A DNA stretch of 62,746 nt from Chiloscyllium plagiosum (Eukaryota), in assembly GCF_004010195.1 (NCBI RefSeq), contig NC_057718.1, forward strand, positions 40,743,632 through 40,806,377, in the 5' to 3' direction. Every line of letters starts with the position of its first letter. The first letter of the stretch is position 1. The notes below the pieces were generated by a model that saw nothing but the letters and a program-made list of their open reading frames with translations, was not told the DNA's origin and made no database searches. Below are positions 24,495 to 38,115 of the stretch, one piece after another. The translations under genes were made by a program, and so were the position numbers.

Positions 24495-25640
24495 AAGAAC
24501 CATAAAGTTATACAGCATGGAAACAAATCCTTCGATCCAACTCGCCATGCCGACCAGATATCCTGAACTAATTTAGTCCTGTTTGCCAGCATGTGGCCCA
24601 TATCCCTCTAAAATCTTCATATTCATATACCCATCCAGATGCCTTTTAAATGTTGTAATTGTACCAGTCTCCACCACTTCCTCTGGTAGCTCATTCCATA
24701 CTCGCACTGTCCTCTGTGTGAAAAAGTCACCCCTTAAGTCCCTTTTCAGCCTTTTCCCTCTCACCTTAAACCTATGCCCTCTAGGCTTGGAGTCCCCTAC
24801 CCTGGGATAAAGACCTTGGCTATTCACCCTATCATGCCCCTTATGATTTTAAAAACTTCTTAAGGTCACTCCTCAGCCTCCAACACTCCTGGGAAAATAG
24901 CCCCAGCGTATTCAGACTTTCCATATAGCTCAAACCCTCCAACCTTGGCAATATCCTTGTAAGTTTTTCCAAGTTTCATAACATCCTTCCTATAGCAGAG
25001 AGACCATAATTGAACACAAAATTCCAAAGTGGCCGAACCAATGTCCTAAAGCCGTAACATGACCTCCCAACTCCTACACTCAATGCACTGAACAATAAAG
25101 GCAAACATATCAAATGCCTTTTCACTATCCTGTTGACCTGTGACTCCACTTTCAAGGAGCTATGAACCTGCACTCCAAGGTCTCTTGTTCAGCAACACTC
25201 CCCAGGACCTTACCATTAAGTGTGTAAGTCCTGCCCTGATTTGCATTTCCAAAATGCAGCACCTCACCTTTATGTAAATTAAACTCCGCCTGCCACTCCT
25301 TGGCCCATTATTGTACTCCAAGGTAACCTTCTTGGCTGTCCACTACATCACCAATTTTAGTGTCATCTGCAAACTTACTAACTATACCTCCTATGATCAC
25401 ATCCAAATCATTTATATAAATGATGAAAAGTAGTGGACCCAGCACCGATCTTGTGGCACATCACTGGTCACAGGTCTCCAGTCTGAAAAGCAACCCTCAA
25501 CCACCACCCTCTGTCTCCTCCTTTTGAACACGTTCTGTATCTAAATAGTTGGTTCTCCCTGTATTCTATATGATTGAACCTTGCTAACCAGTCTACCATG
25601 CGGAACCTTGTCGAATGCCTTACTGAAGTACGTATAGATC
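24495..25640 (-). mobile_element. CR1/HER1-like LINE, 5'-truncated
   Basis: RGDFFTQRTVRVWNELPEEVV; collinear with 5888-7172. Confidence 0.93.
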
Positions 25641-26726
25641 ATCTTTAAATGACAATTTTAAATTAATGACCCCCTTGCAACTGACTCATCAATCAGAGGA
25701 TAATTGTTTTTATTTTCCCTTCCAATATTCACAAAAATCTCATTTAAATCTTTCATCTTTTCCTGATCTGGTAAAAATAGATACAACCCAGCTACTTGCT
25801 ACTCAAATACCCTCAAGCATTTTCAAAGAAGCGAATGCATGTTGTATGTATACCTATAGATCAGAGCTATTTCAGGCATAGCATAATTGTCTGTATTATA
25901 TTTCTACACATCCATAGGATTAACTGCAGTGTACTCAAGTAATAATTTATTTCTTCAATCAATGTCAGAGGTCTATTAAATAATAATAACATTTTACTTC
26001 AAATATTTTTCTCCCTAAGAAGCTAATTGTATCTAAAAAATAAAATCTTATTGTAACACGGTATAAGAATAGATTCTTTTGTCTTTTTAATCAGCATTTC
26101 CTTTCTCTTTGAATCTACCAACTTAGTTTAAATTGGGCCTTTCACAGTGATTGGTTGGAGTTGAACCATAATACTGAGGTTGAACCTTTGATACAGCATT
26201 ACTTCACTGTCTTCATTGTTGGTAACCACAAATTTACAGAATCCTGAGAGGGCTGATATTGAAGATAAACTTTCTGTTTTCCTGCCCGTTGTTAACGTGA
26301 TTAGTTCTATCTCCCGAACCACAGGCTAAGATAACATTTACAGCAACTGTTTCCTGACAGGAAGTGCTGTTTTGACGAATCTATTGCCCTCTCTCTTTCA
26401 GGTTTTCAGGCCAAATTAGAAGGAATAACAGTTAACTTGATGGTATGCACCATGTAAGCAATCATGAGGCTTTCATCCAAATAATTTCAACAAAATCACA
26501 GAATCGTTGTATTTCATATCAGCCCTGCACCCTGTCGGAAAGAAATCATTTACTCACAACCAGAAGAAAGCCTGGGTGGTTCATAGGTCTTTGGAATTGG
26601 CTTCAAATCTGTATGCTTTCTGAATAATAATTGTTGTGATCCAATTACTTGTGATAAAAGATGAGTCTTCTGCTGGTGATTTTAAACAGTCTGTGACCCC
26701 TCTGGATGTCTAATATAAATGTAAGA

Positions 26727-26867
26727 AGTTAAAAATCACACAACATCAGGTTATAGTCCACTGGTTTATTTGAAAGCATTAGCTTTTGGAGTGCTGTTGG
26801 ACTATAACCTAGTGTTTTGTGATGTTTAACTTTGTACACCCTGGTCCAACACTGGCATCTCCAAATC
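26727..26867. mobile_element. Fold-back element from second PLE family terminus
   Basis: Imperfect inverted arms 26727-26760 / 26798-26831; TSD-like ATAAATGTAAGA (26715-26726) and ATAAACGTAGGA (26868-26879). Confidence 0.7.
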
Positions 26868-27599
26868 ATAAACGTAGGATGCTGAGATGAACTTTACTGT
26901 TTCCCCATCTGGTCAGGCAAATTACATGATACATCTATTTAACTGGGATTTAAAGTGACACAAACTCATTTTTACCTTTCAGTATATTTCAAAGTATTCA
27001 GTAATTAAATCAGAAATGTAGCTTTACATTGATTTTCACAATGAGACTGCACGTTGATTATACCAGCTATGGTCAAAAAAGGTTGTGTTACACTTTTATT
27101 GTTAGATCCCATTAGGATTGCTTATTCAACATTGAGTGCTTCCCTCTTTTCACAGTTACTGGAGGCTATTCTGTTCTGTGCTATCAATTGAGTGGCAGGC
27201 AAATATCCTGGAACTCCTTTTGGCTACTGTCTAATATGTGGAAGTGTGATATTATAGAACATAGTTGAATTACTGTAATAATGGTAACGGAACAAAATAA
27301 TGATTTACATTAATGTTAGATTATTGGCCTTATCAGAAACAAAATGAAGCTAACCCATAGTTGGATCCTTTTGCCAGATTTTTAAACTTTGAACTATGCA
27401 AACACTTGCAACGGAGAGGTGAGACACAAGTGTTTTTATTTCTAGTGTCTGCACTAGTTCCCTTCTGCATGTAGAGAAGCTGGAATCCAAATATCTCAGC
27501 TAACCTTGCATTGGAAAAATACCTTGCTCTGCCAGGACCATGTGGTGGTCAGTGTGCAAAGACCACTCAATGCTGAAAGATCCCTGGTGCTCAAGTATC

Positions 27600-28580
27600 T
27601 TCCAGCCCCTCAAAATGAAGTTTGGGATCTGGCTTATCAGGACCTTCACAGACATCCTGAATAATGACAGACCTGACCATCATACTACTATCGTAGCCTG
27701 GGAACTCATTGGCACTATGACAGTGGCGCTGCTGTGATCCTGAGTGAGACATGGAAGCAAGACGAAGGTCAGCTCCAAGAGCAAGTTGACAGATGCATCT
27801 TCTTCGGGAAGAGTAAATCTGAGAACACCAACTCAATGGTTTTAGCTTATCTACCAACCGATGAGATAGTTGACTGATTTAGTGAGCAAACCTCCCTCAG
27901 GGGATAAAAGGATGCTACAGGAACCCTTTGATTCACCCTAATCCACAAGCACCACAGTCATTAATTCATAGGTCCCTACCCTATAAGCAAAGGATGAGGC
28001 TCATTTGCAATTCTCCAGCCCTCATTACTTGTCGCCCTGATTCCAAAAGGGAGACAGATTGCTTCTCTGGGTCCCAGAGTTGGGAGGAACATAAACCTTA
28101 GAAAGGTGTGGCTTGTGAAGGAGGTACAGGGAAGGCAAAAACTAATGGAGTCCTTTTCCTGTACTGACAGCCTGGCAATACGGATCATCCATTTTCATCA
28201 GAGAGACAAGTACATTCTGGACAATGACAGCTGTTTGATGTTGCCATCATCCAAGCGAGGGACAGTAACGATTGTCACATCAGCCACACCATGATAGAAG
28301 CTGAGACTACTGGAGCGACCGTCACCTAATCCACTCTAGCATCTACAATAACAGGGCACAAAAACAGCAACGGCACTAAGAAAAGCCTCAGTCATGACTC
28401 AGCCAGGGCCTTACAGCTAGCCTGACAATGCCAGGGACTGAGCAGGAATCATAGAGTGTCCACAGTCCTTGGCCTGTCCCTCGATCCATCATAAACAGCA
28501 CTTGAGAGGAGACTCTCAGCTACTCTACCAGGAAATATGGAAACTGGTTTGATGAGAATGACAAGGAAATCTAGAAACTA
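27600..28580 (+). mobile_element. Old RTE-clade LINE, endonuclease region, fragmented
   Basis: MKFGIWLIRTFTD..DRPDHHTTIVAWEL, LSETW..EGQLQEQ, FHQRDKY, NWFDENDKEI. Confidence 0.7.
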
Positions 28581-28599
28581 CAAAATTTCAAAATGAAGT

Positions 28600-28840
28600 G
28601 GAGATCTGATAAATATTTTTTTCCACCCAGAACATGGTAGAAGTATGGAAGATGCTGTCTTCAAGTATGGAGGAGTTAGGCATTCTAGCAACATTTGAGG
28701 ATCATTTGGATGAGTACTTATAAGAGAGGGCATAGTAGGCTTTGGACAAAGTGCAGGAAAATGGAATTAGTGTAGGTTGTTGGTGTATACATGGTAGACT
28801 GAAGGACCTGTTTTCATGCAGTATGGTATTATGACTCAAA
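28600..28840 (+). mobile_element. Old CR1 3' fragment
   Basis: TQNMVEVWKML..ATFEDHLDEY; GACTGAAGGACCTGTTT 3' UTR. Confidence 0.75.
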
Positions 28841-31169
28841 GAATTTATAAAAAACAATTTGAATTAATAACCCTACATCAAAGACAACTAAACCTTAAGT
28901 AACCATTTGCAGCTGCCAATTAAGACATGAAGCTACAGCTCACCCTCTTCATTGTGATAAAGACAATTATGAAAGCAGGCAAGTCGCAGTTGTGTTATGT
29001 CTCGTAGTCAGTATAGTTTTAAGAGACATGCTCATGATAATCACGACAACAGCATAGCATGTGACCTGAGGGGATAAAGATCTCGGATGCCATATTACCG
29101 GGCATCGCCTGAAACATGACACATTATTAAAAGCATGCTGCTCTGTTGTAATCTATCAACTTATTACCCGTTCAGACACTTTGTGACTGTGAAAGTAATG
29201 TTTGAGCTATAATAAATATCTGTGGGATTCTTCAGCACTATGTTATGCGTGTCCGGTTTCTTATGTTATGGGAGATATCAAAAGCATTGCCACATCAGGT
29301 AAAATACCTAGCTAGAGGCAAAACTCACCTTGATGGTTTTGTCAATAAAATTGAAACTAAAAGCAAAGAAATTTTCAACTTGCAGACACAGGCAGGTTTG
29401 TTCTTCCCAAGTTTTAAAAAGGCCAGGTGATTTTATTTAAATCGACAACTGATTTTTCCACAGACCTTACCTGCCCTTTATGAGTATTTCTCGATTGTAA
29501 AAAAAAACGTGATTCACTACGGCATAAGGCCTTTGCCCCACCAAAATTGAGTCTGTTTGAACACAGTGTTCAAATGACCCTGCTAAAGCAGGGTTTCTCC
29601 CATGTGTCAGTCACGTTTCATCCATGACCCCTCCACCCTTTCACCTCCTGGCAAAATAGTATCTCTTGAAGATGGAGATAAGACTCCAAGCACTATTTTG
29701 GATAAGTCACCAGTACTCTGCAAAAATCTGGACCTACATTTAAGGTGGACTCTCCATCACATTCTCTTTGAACAAAATATTGTTCCAGTTTGTGGAAATC
29801 TGCAAAATTCTGAATCCCCCTACATGTTGAAGTACCTGTGTATAAACACATGGAAAATAGCTGGTTTATAGATGGCAATGGATTAACTGCAAAATAGATT
29901 GATTGCTGCAGAGACACACACTATTCTCAACTGCACAACCTGCACTGTTGTGTCCTGAAGTTTTATTTTTAAATTCTCTGAAACTCAATCCCAAACCAGT
30001 TTGGAAACAATCTAAATCGAAAGAGATCTTTGTTTCTCTGCTTTATGCCAATTACATGCACTAGAACTATAGTATGATTATATAGAACATAGCATTCGTG
30101 TTCTGTCACTTTTAATGTGGAAAAGATGTAGCATAACAAGTAAATCAAACATGCCCTTTATTCAAAGACAAAGTACTCTTATTGCTGGATATATGAAATT
30201 AGAATTGGAAATGTTGGAAATCCTCAGCACGTTGGGCAGCATCTAGGGAGAGGAACAAACAGCAGAAATTCATGAACATCTCGGGGGTAGGAAAGCTGGT
30301 GGGTGTACCTGTCAGTTAGGATATCGTGCTATTAGCAACATGCTTATCGCTGGCCTACATGTCCCTATACCCTTTTACAGCTGCCCAGCCTTGGCCCAAT
30401 TGAGACCCTTAAGAGGGCAAATAATGTCCAGTAGGAACTTTCTCTCACTGTCACTTTTATTTAATGACCAGCAAGAGAGGCCTGAACCCAATGTGTAGTC
30501 AATTTGGTTTTGGTTATACTATTTATTCTATTCTATATTCAAAACAGCATAAAATAATTCATGTCAGAAAGACCATTCAATATAGTAATTCATGAAAGGT
30601 TCAGCAGACCATTATTTTTATGAGAGATATTTTTTCCATATTAGTGATTGTTCATTTTGGGATAAATAGTGAATTCCTTTCTTACTGTGTGTTACATTCC
30701 GATGTTACAGCAGTGAGTGCACTTGACAAGTATTCTTTTACACCATAAAGTGCTTTGGTACATACTACATGTGGAAACTTCCTTGCTGGCTGTGCTGTAC
30801 ATCATGTAAAATATTGATTGATGAAGGCTCATCGACCTAAAACATTAACTGCGTTTCTCTTGACAGGTCCTGCCTGAACAGCTGAATATTTTGTTCATTT
30901 TCTTAATTAACAAATTAACAAAATCACCTACAAAAGTATCTTTTGTCTTTATCTTCTAACAAAATAGTAACTACAAATATGGATGAAAGAGAGATGTTTC
31001 TTGTCAATTGTGTATGCATATTTGAGAAATGAAATAGCAGATTTGATAGAATGACTTCGAAGAAGTTATGAAGCTAGCAATACGTGACATTGACTGTGTT
31101 TCCTTAATGCATGGCATTGAATTGATTTGCATGAAACACAAACAAAAAGAACTTGCAGTTATAAAGAAT

Positions 31170-31465
31170 CTTTCCTCAGGGTGTTCCAGAGCATGGTAAG
31201 CCAATGACACAACATATAAAGTGGAGGCACTGTTTTAATGCAGGTGACACAGCAGCTAATTCTATAAGCAAGTTCCTGCAAACAACAATGAGATAGTCGT
31301 TGGATAATTTGAAGAATAAGTATTGATGACGACACCCCAGCTCTTTTCCTAACAGCATGCTATCTTTCATGTGCACTTGAGAAGACAGATTGGGTTCTTG
31401 CTTACGCATGTCATCTGAAAGACGGCACCTCCTGTCAGTGCAGTGTTCCCTCAGTACTTGCATTT
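31170..31465 (-). mobile_element. Deu-domain SINE (SacSINE1/AmnSINE1-related)
   Basis: Minus strand GTACTGAGGGAACACTGCACTGACAGGAGGTGCCGTCTTTCAGATGA matches the Deu core as recalled; downstream CATTGTTGTTTGCAGGAACTTGCT..TTAGCTGCTG. Confidence 0.7.
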
Positions 31466-33814
31466 GCCTTTTTCCACAAGCTACAAGGCTACTAACATGA
31501 AGTAATCGAGTCAGCAGAGGCTCGGGCTAATTCCTATGTAAACCTAGATTTCTTTGGGCTGGATTCAACAATGAATTTATTGAGAGCCAGCTGTGATTTC
31601 TCATCTACTGAAGAGCATTACTGACATCTGAAGCACAACACCATTCTATTAGGAGCTCCATAAACATCCCTCCACTATTTCCTCTGTGATAAATGTCTGT
31701 GTGATTAATAAAACTGATATTGCAAGCTGCCAGGGCCAGGAGGTTTATGTTGATAGAAAATCCCTTGAGACATTATTGTGTTTGTCTTTTTAACTAATCC
31801 AGTTCAACCAGAACTTTCAAATCATCAGAGTATCTGGTCAGACAAAATAATGATTTCAAAGACTTTCTCTTAAATGTTTCCAGTTTTGAATTTAAATGCA
31901 AACTTGTAAATATGTTATAAATATTTCATAAAAGTCAATGAAAATAATGTTAATTATTTGGTAATTTACTGTTATATATAAACAGATGAGTATGATAATA
32001 TATAGCCCAATAAAAGTAATTTAAGCCCCAAATAAAAATATTTGGTTTTAAGGAATGTAAGTGATCATTGGCTAAAGAATGTCTTGCTTGAAGGAAGATG
32101 AATCATTAAGTGATATAGAATCTTGTAAGGCCTGAGTAGGAGCTAGCTGACCAGTGGGGTTGTCAGGTACTGAACAATCAGGACCTACTCAGTATGCACA
32201 GCCCAATTTGTCTTATTTGCAAAATAATAACTCATTAATGAATAGGCACAATTGGCCTGGATATTTTAACTGAGCCAGAAATGGAGCAGAGTTTAATTTG
32301 TGCCTGCTCCACATAATGCATGTTGTCCTGTTATAGTTTCTGCGGCCAGTTTCACTCTAATCACTTGAAAGAATGCCAAGCCTTAGGAATGCCTCTAATT
32401 AGGAGCTTGCCTGCTGCAGAATGGGGATTAGAGTGCGGAACTACAGGGTTAGATGTTCAAGCATGAACTGCTGTAGGTGAATGGCAAGGATAGAAATAGA
32501 CATTTTAATGGTGAGCTGTATGTGCCCCTGATTAGACCTCAGAATTGATTTTAATGGAACTGATGTGGGATGAACCACCTGCCATCAAAATAGAAGCCAA
32601 GATCCAGCCACCATCCAATGAATTGAGGTATGGTAGGGTGGTTGAGTATCATCTTGGATTTGGTATTGCAGGGATTGGAAAAAGGCTTTTTGTTCTCCCA
32701 TGCATGTGTAAATGTTGTTACCCATGCTGCCGCTATTGAGCTGGCAATTCTTCTGTTTTGATCGCATTGCACCATGATCTTTGGACTTCTTAATTCTCTT
32801 CTTGGGACTTCTAAACATTTACTGATCTTCCACTAACATAGTCATGAAGCACATAATGCAGGAGCTCTGTGATGCGTGCTTTGATGGTCACGTGCAACAT
32901 ACAAATGACAGCTGTATGGAATGGAATGGAAAACCTTCCAGTTATATGAATGAATACCATATAACTTTCATTGACAAAGCGTTTCATTCCCTGGGGAAGA
33001 CAGCATCTCTGCAAAAATAAAGATCTATATTCTGATTTCTAAATGTATGAAAAGTGCAAAAGACTTTTGAAGTGGCAAATATGAAATAAGTGATTTGATA
33101 TGGGTGCACTGATCTACATATGTTCTGAACAATGTTACCTGCATCAGTTATAAGAATCCTGTGATGTGGAAATTCATAGCAGTTGGGACTTACACAGTGA
33201 GAGCAGAGCTGACCTGTTCATGGAGGAGGATTGAAGCTCTGGCCATAGGAGGTACCATTGTCCCAAATAGTTTCCAGTGAAGTGTTAATGGTGAAGATTC
33301 AGCAACTTCGACTTGTCCAATTGATTGCTGTGTTAATTTGCTATTGCACTCATTACAGTCCATATCCTGAGAGCTGCCATTTGTTGCATGTCAGAGGGGA
33401 AAGATGTAATTTGTACTTTTCACACTTTTTCCCCAAGAAAACAACCTGCAATAATTAAAATGGAAAATAGTCTGGTGGAAACAAACACTTCAAACTTCTG
33501 ATCCTTTATTAACAAAAGGAACTTCAAACCATTAGCATGGAGTTCATTGAGGGTGTCAAAGTTGAACAGTTAATATTTTCTGCTTCTCTTTCCATTGTGC
33601 CCTGCATACAGTGTTCAAGAATTGCTATACGTTTTGCTGCCTTTTCAAAATAATAATATTAGGATGTTGAAATGGGCGGACTTTCAGAACTCCTGCCAGT
33701 TTTCAATTCCATGTTTCCTTGTTTCCACCAGGGTAATGGACAGCAAGCTTTGTACAATCCAAACTACTTATTTCTGGAAAATCAGAAGCGACTAATTTCT
33801 ATTTCTATTTCAAA

Positions 33815-34085
33815 GGATAGTACAATGGTTAGTACTGCTGCCTCATGGTATCAGGAACCCAGGTTTGATTCCTTCCTGGCTGAATAGAGTTTGCATGTTC
33901 TTCCCATATCTGTGTGGGCTTCTGCCATGTGCTTTGGTTTCCTCCAGCAGTCCAAATATGTGCAGGTTGGGTGGATTGCCCTTGGTATTGTGAAATTATG
34001 GGGATAGGGTGGGTGCTATTCAAGGGTCAGTGCAGACTCAATGGGCTGAGTTGCCTCTTTCCTCACTGTAGGGATTCTATGATTA
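33815..34085 (+). mobile_element. Diverged HE1-like SINE
   Basis: ATGGTTAGTACTGCTGCCTCA..GGTTTCCTCCAGCAGTCCAAA..CTGTAGGGATTCTATGATT. Confidence 0.8.
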
Positions 34086-35559
34086 TAGCATATTTAATTA
34101 ACAGGTACATTAAGCATAATATAATAAGTTTTGAAGAATATCAAACAACCAAAATGAGTCCTAAGTCTGATTATACTGTTAGAAATGATTGCTCTTTGTC
34201 ACATACTCCATTTATTAAAAAAAAGACCATAATACAAACTCAATACATCACTCATAATATCTATGAAGTCTTAACGACCAACTTGAAAAGTTGCATGAGA
34301 GTAACAGGTACGTGTGGATTTGTGCAAATCTCAGTTCAGTTTTAACTGCTACAGGCTCATTTAGATTGACTGTATAACCATGTTTTCTTTATAAGATTCC
34401 AATAACAGAAATAAAAAACATTCAGTTTAATTTATTATATACTATATTATTTGAGAACTGTCATTTGTGCAAATGAACTGGGTTATAAATAAACTTTCAA
34501 TTTGAGTATTTCTGAGACAGATTGAGATTCTTGGTATTGCTACTTAACAGACAATCATCATTTTTCTTTGTTGGTATAAACCTTGCGTTGGCAAAGAAAT
34601 ATTAAAGAGTTTTTTGGTGATGCTTTGGTGACATATTTGTATTTCAATTAAACAGTGCTACTGTTTACATTTCTGTAAAATGTTGAAATAAAGCTTTGTA
34701 CTTCAGGGTGGGCAAAAGAATTGTAGACTATGAGTGCTGTTCCCTACAGTCCTAATTTTTCGAACAAGAGTTTTGGCAGTTCTGTTTGTCCCTGTCTTGA
34801 AAAATCAACCAAACCAGAACCACTATTGTCATAAGTGTACAGGCTGGATATCATAAATGTGAAAAAATAGCTTTGTTATTTTGGATGGATGGAGAACGAT
34901 TTGGACTAAGCATAAGCAGCTTACAGTTGTGTGCAAAATGTGTGAAGAGTAGGATGGTGTGAAAAATATAATTTTAATAAAGACCAAAAATAATTCATTT
35001 GCATTTACCTAATACCTATCATGTTTGTCTGCTCTTCATATAAAATTATTTATTTGGAAGTGTGCAATATTATTTTATAATAAAGACAAATAATACAGTT
35101 GGTTGGATCTGATAAATAACAATGAGGTGAATGATCAGTTTTTTTGCAATGAATGATTTGAACAGGGCATATAGAAAACAATCTTATCTTTGAAAAATGG
35201 CACAGAATCTTTATTTAAACACACAGCCATGGGTTAGGGACACAGAACCTTAATTTACCTCTCGGAATTAGTTACATATTAAAGCAGCATTCAAAATAAT
35301 TTTCTATTGAACATGGGGCAGAATTTTCATGCCAGCTGTGCATTTGGGGAATTTGAATGCACTCCATACTTGTCCTGTGATATTCTAACCATCCCCTAAA
35401 AAGATTGGATGAAAATCACACCTGTAATTTTATGATCTGTTTCACTGGCAGCTGTGGCTCCATACCAGCAGAACAATAACTCTGAGTTCTCAATATGGCG
35501 ATGATAAAATTGAGAACCCAAATTCAAATTTCCCATACATCAAGTTATTAAAGTGGGCT

Positions 35560-35690
35560 AGAGAAAGGGCCACTGGACTTGAAACATTAACTCTGCTTTC
35601 CCTCCACAGATGCTACCAGACCTGCTGAGTTTCTCCAGCAATTACTGTTTTTGCTTCAGATTTCCAGCATGTGCAATTCTTTATTTTATA
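35560..35690 (+). mobile_element. Old PLE-terminus fragment
   Basis: GGGCCACTGGACTTGAAACATTAACTCTG..AGATGCTACCAGACCTGCTGAG; similar copies at ~30815-30905 (+), ~30160-30260 (-), ~60525-60605 (+), ~7505-7560 (+). Confidence 0.7.
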
Positions 35691-36769
35691 TCTTCAAAAG
35701 GTATGGTTTGTTTCTTATGCAAAGCAACTTTCTGGTCCAAATGGAGGTCTGATAGCAAACCTAGGAACAGGTTTCTTTGGAGCCAGAAAACATTGCCAAA
35801 GGAAATACAATGTTAGGCTATTCTCATAATTGCCTCATTTAAATGAATATTATTGCAAGGCCACTTTCATTCACATAGGGTTATAAAATAGTTAAGACAG
35901 TTAGTTAAAATTATATAAGCAGTTGTGTTATTAATGCTAAGGAATCTGAGTCAGTCTCAGTTATGAACAAAGTTGTTCAAGGTTCTCTACTGGACCAATT
36001 GCTTAATCCATGGGTACATGTTTAGTGCTTATTAATTGGGAATAAATGGACAAGTTGATTAAATGAGCAAATGCCAGTAGATATTATTTAATGTGGTTAA
36101 GTACAATCTAGACATACTTATACTTTGCTGAGATACTTGCAAACAGTAATATATCAGAAAATAAACCAATGCAGAAAATGTTACATCTCAGAAAATGTTG
36201 TGAGCTAGTAGTTTAAAGGAGCAGGATGGGAAATGCAATTGTGTTTTAAATTCCATTTACAAAGATGGTTAAACAGTAGGTTAAAAAAGCAGTGACTTGG
36301 ATTTCAGTCATCAGTCAGCTCACCATTTACTGCACTCACATGTTCACACAGACTTTTCCAGGCTTTTGATTAGCAACATACTGTCATTGGGAAACTTACC
36401 AATTGAGGCATCCTCCACAGAGGATCTATAACATGCTGCAATATGATAAATAACAGCATGCCTTTTTAACCATTCAATTTCAAGAAATCTCAGTCTGCCA
36501 TCTAAACCAGGAAGTATAAATTAGAATATTCATTCTTTGTAAAATCAAGCATTGAAAATACATAAAGTATATGTTTGTGTGTGTATGTGTGAATATGTGT
36601 GTATGTGACAAGGGTTTGGAGGCGGTGGTGGAGTTAAGAGAAAATATGTGTAAGATTGAGCAAAAATCCACATATTCTGAAAGACTGGACCAAATCCCTG
36701 GACTTGAAAAGTAAAAAAGCTCTGGTCTATGCTCTGGGAAAATACATAGATACAGAGATATCTGCCTGG

Positions 36770-38115
36770 AACCGAAAACAACAAATGCTGGAAATCACAG
36801 CAGGTCAGACAGCATCTATGGAGGGAGAGCAAACTAACATTTTGAATCTAGATAACTCATCATCAGATCTGAAGTGAAAGGTGGAGGGGACAGCATTTAT
36901 GCTATAGTTGGAGATGTGGGGCGGAGTGGGGTTAGTGGGTGCAGGGTGCTGATGGAGAAAAAATGTTGGTAGGTCAGATTAAGTGATCAGAATGTGAGAA
37001 TGGCAGAACAATAGTGTGTCTTCTACCAGACTTGAAAGGACAGTAAGTGGAATGCGGGGAGGGGAGGACATGATAACAAGCTAAAAGAAAGGGAAGAAAT
37101 GGGAGTTGGTTCACAATTTAAAGGTGTTGAACTCAATATTAAATCCAGAAAGATGTAAAGTGCCTTGTCTGAAGAGGAGATGTTGTTCCTCTAGTTTGCA
37201 CTATGACTCACTGGAACACTGCAGCATGCTGAGGACAGAATGTGAGCAGGACGCTGTGTTAAAATGACCAACTACAGGAAGGTTGGGGTTACGCTTGTGC
37301 ATTGACTGAAGGTGTTCCATAAAGCAGCCACCTAGTCTGCGTTTGGTTTCTTCAATGTAGAGTAGGCCACATTGAGTGCATCAAGTGCAATACACAAGAT
37401 TAGAGGAGGTGCAGGTGAAATGCTACCTCACCTGGAAAGAAAGTTTAGGCCCTTGGATAGTGAGCAGGGAGGAGGTGACGGTGCAGGTGTTATAACTTCT
37501 GCCGTTACATGGGAAGGTCCTTGGAGAGAAGAGGATGGTGTTGGTGCTTGCAGAATGCATTAGGGTGTCTGGAGGGAATGATGCCTGCGAAATGCAGATG
37601 GGAGAGTGAGGGGAAGATGAGTTTGGTAGTGGCATTGTGCTGGAGTTGTCTGATGTGGCAGAGAACGATCCTTTGAATGCGGAGGCTGGTGGGATGAAAG
37701 GTGAGAACAAAGGGGACCCGATCACACTGTTGTGAGTGATGGGAAGGGGCAAGGGCAGAAGCACAGGTGATAGGTTGGATGAGGTTGAGGGGCCTGTCAA
37801 CCACAGTGGGTAGGAAACACAGTGGGCCATGGAGGAAGGAAACCATATCAGCAGCGCTATTTGGGAAGGGGGCATCATCTGAATAGATGTGACACAGGCA
37901 AAGGAACTGGGAGATGGAATCCTTGCAGGATGTGGATGTGATCAGCTGGAGTAGGTGACTATGAGAGTCAGTGGCTTTGGCAATGCACAGATTATTCCTC
38001 GAAATGGACACACAGAGGTCAAGGAAAGGAAGGGAAGTGCCATAAATGGACAATGTGAAAGTTACAGAGGGGTGGAAACTGGAGCAAAATGAATGAAGGT
38101 TAGCAGGGAACCCCA
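36770..38115 (-). mobile_element. Older Penelope-like element, decayed
   Basis: FHPSVTFT..SLPFLDL, DRVPFVLTFHPTSLRIQRI, IQGPKLSFQVR; terminus at ~36770-36875. Confidence 0.85.
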
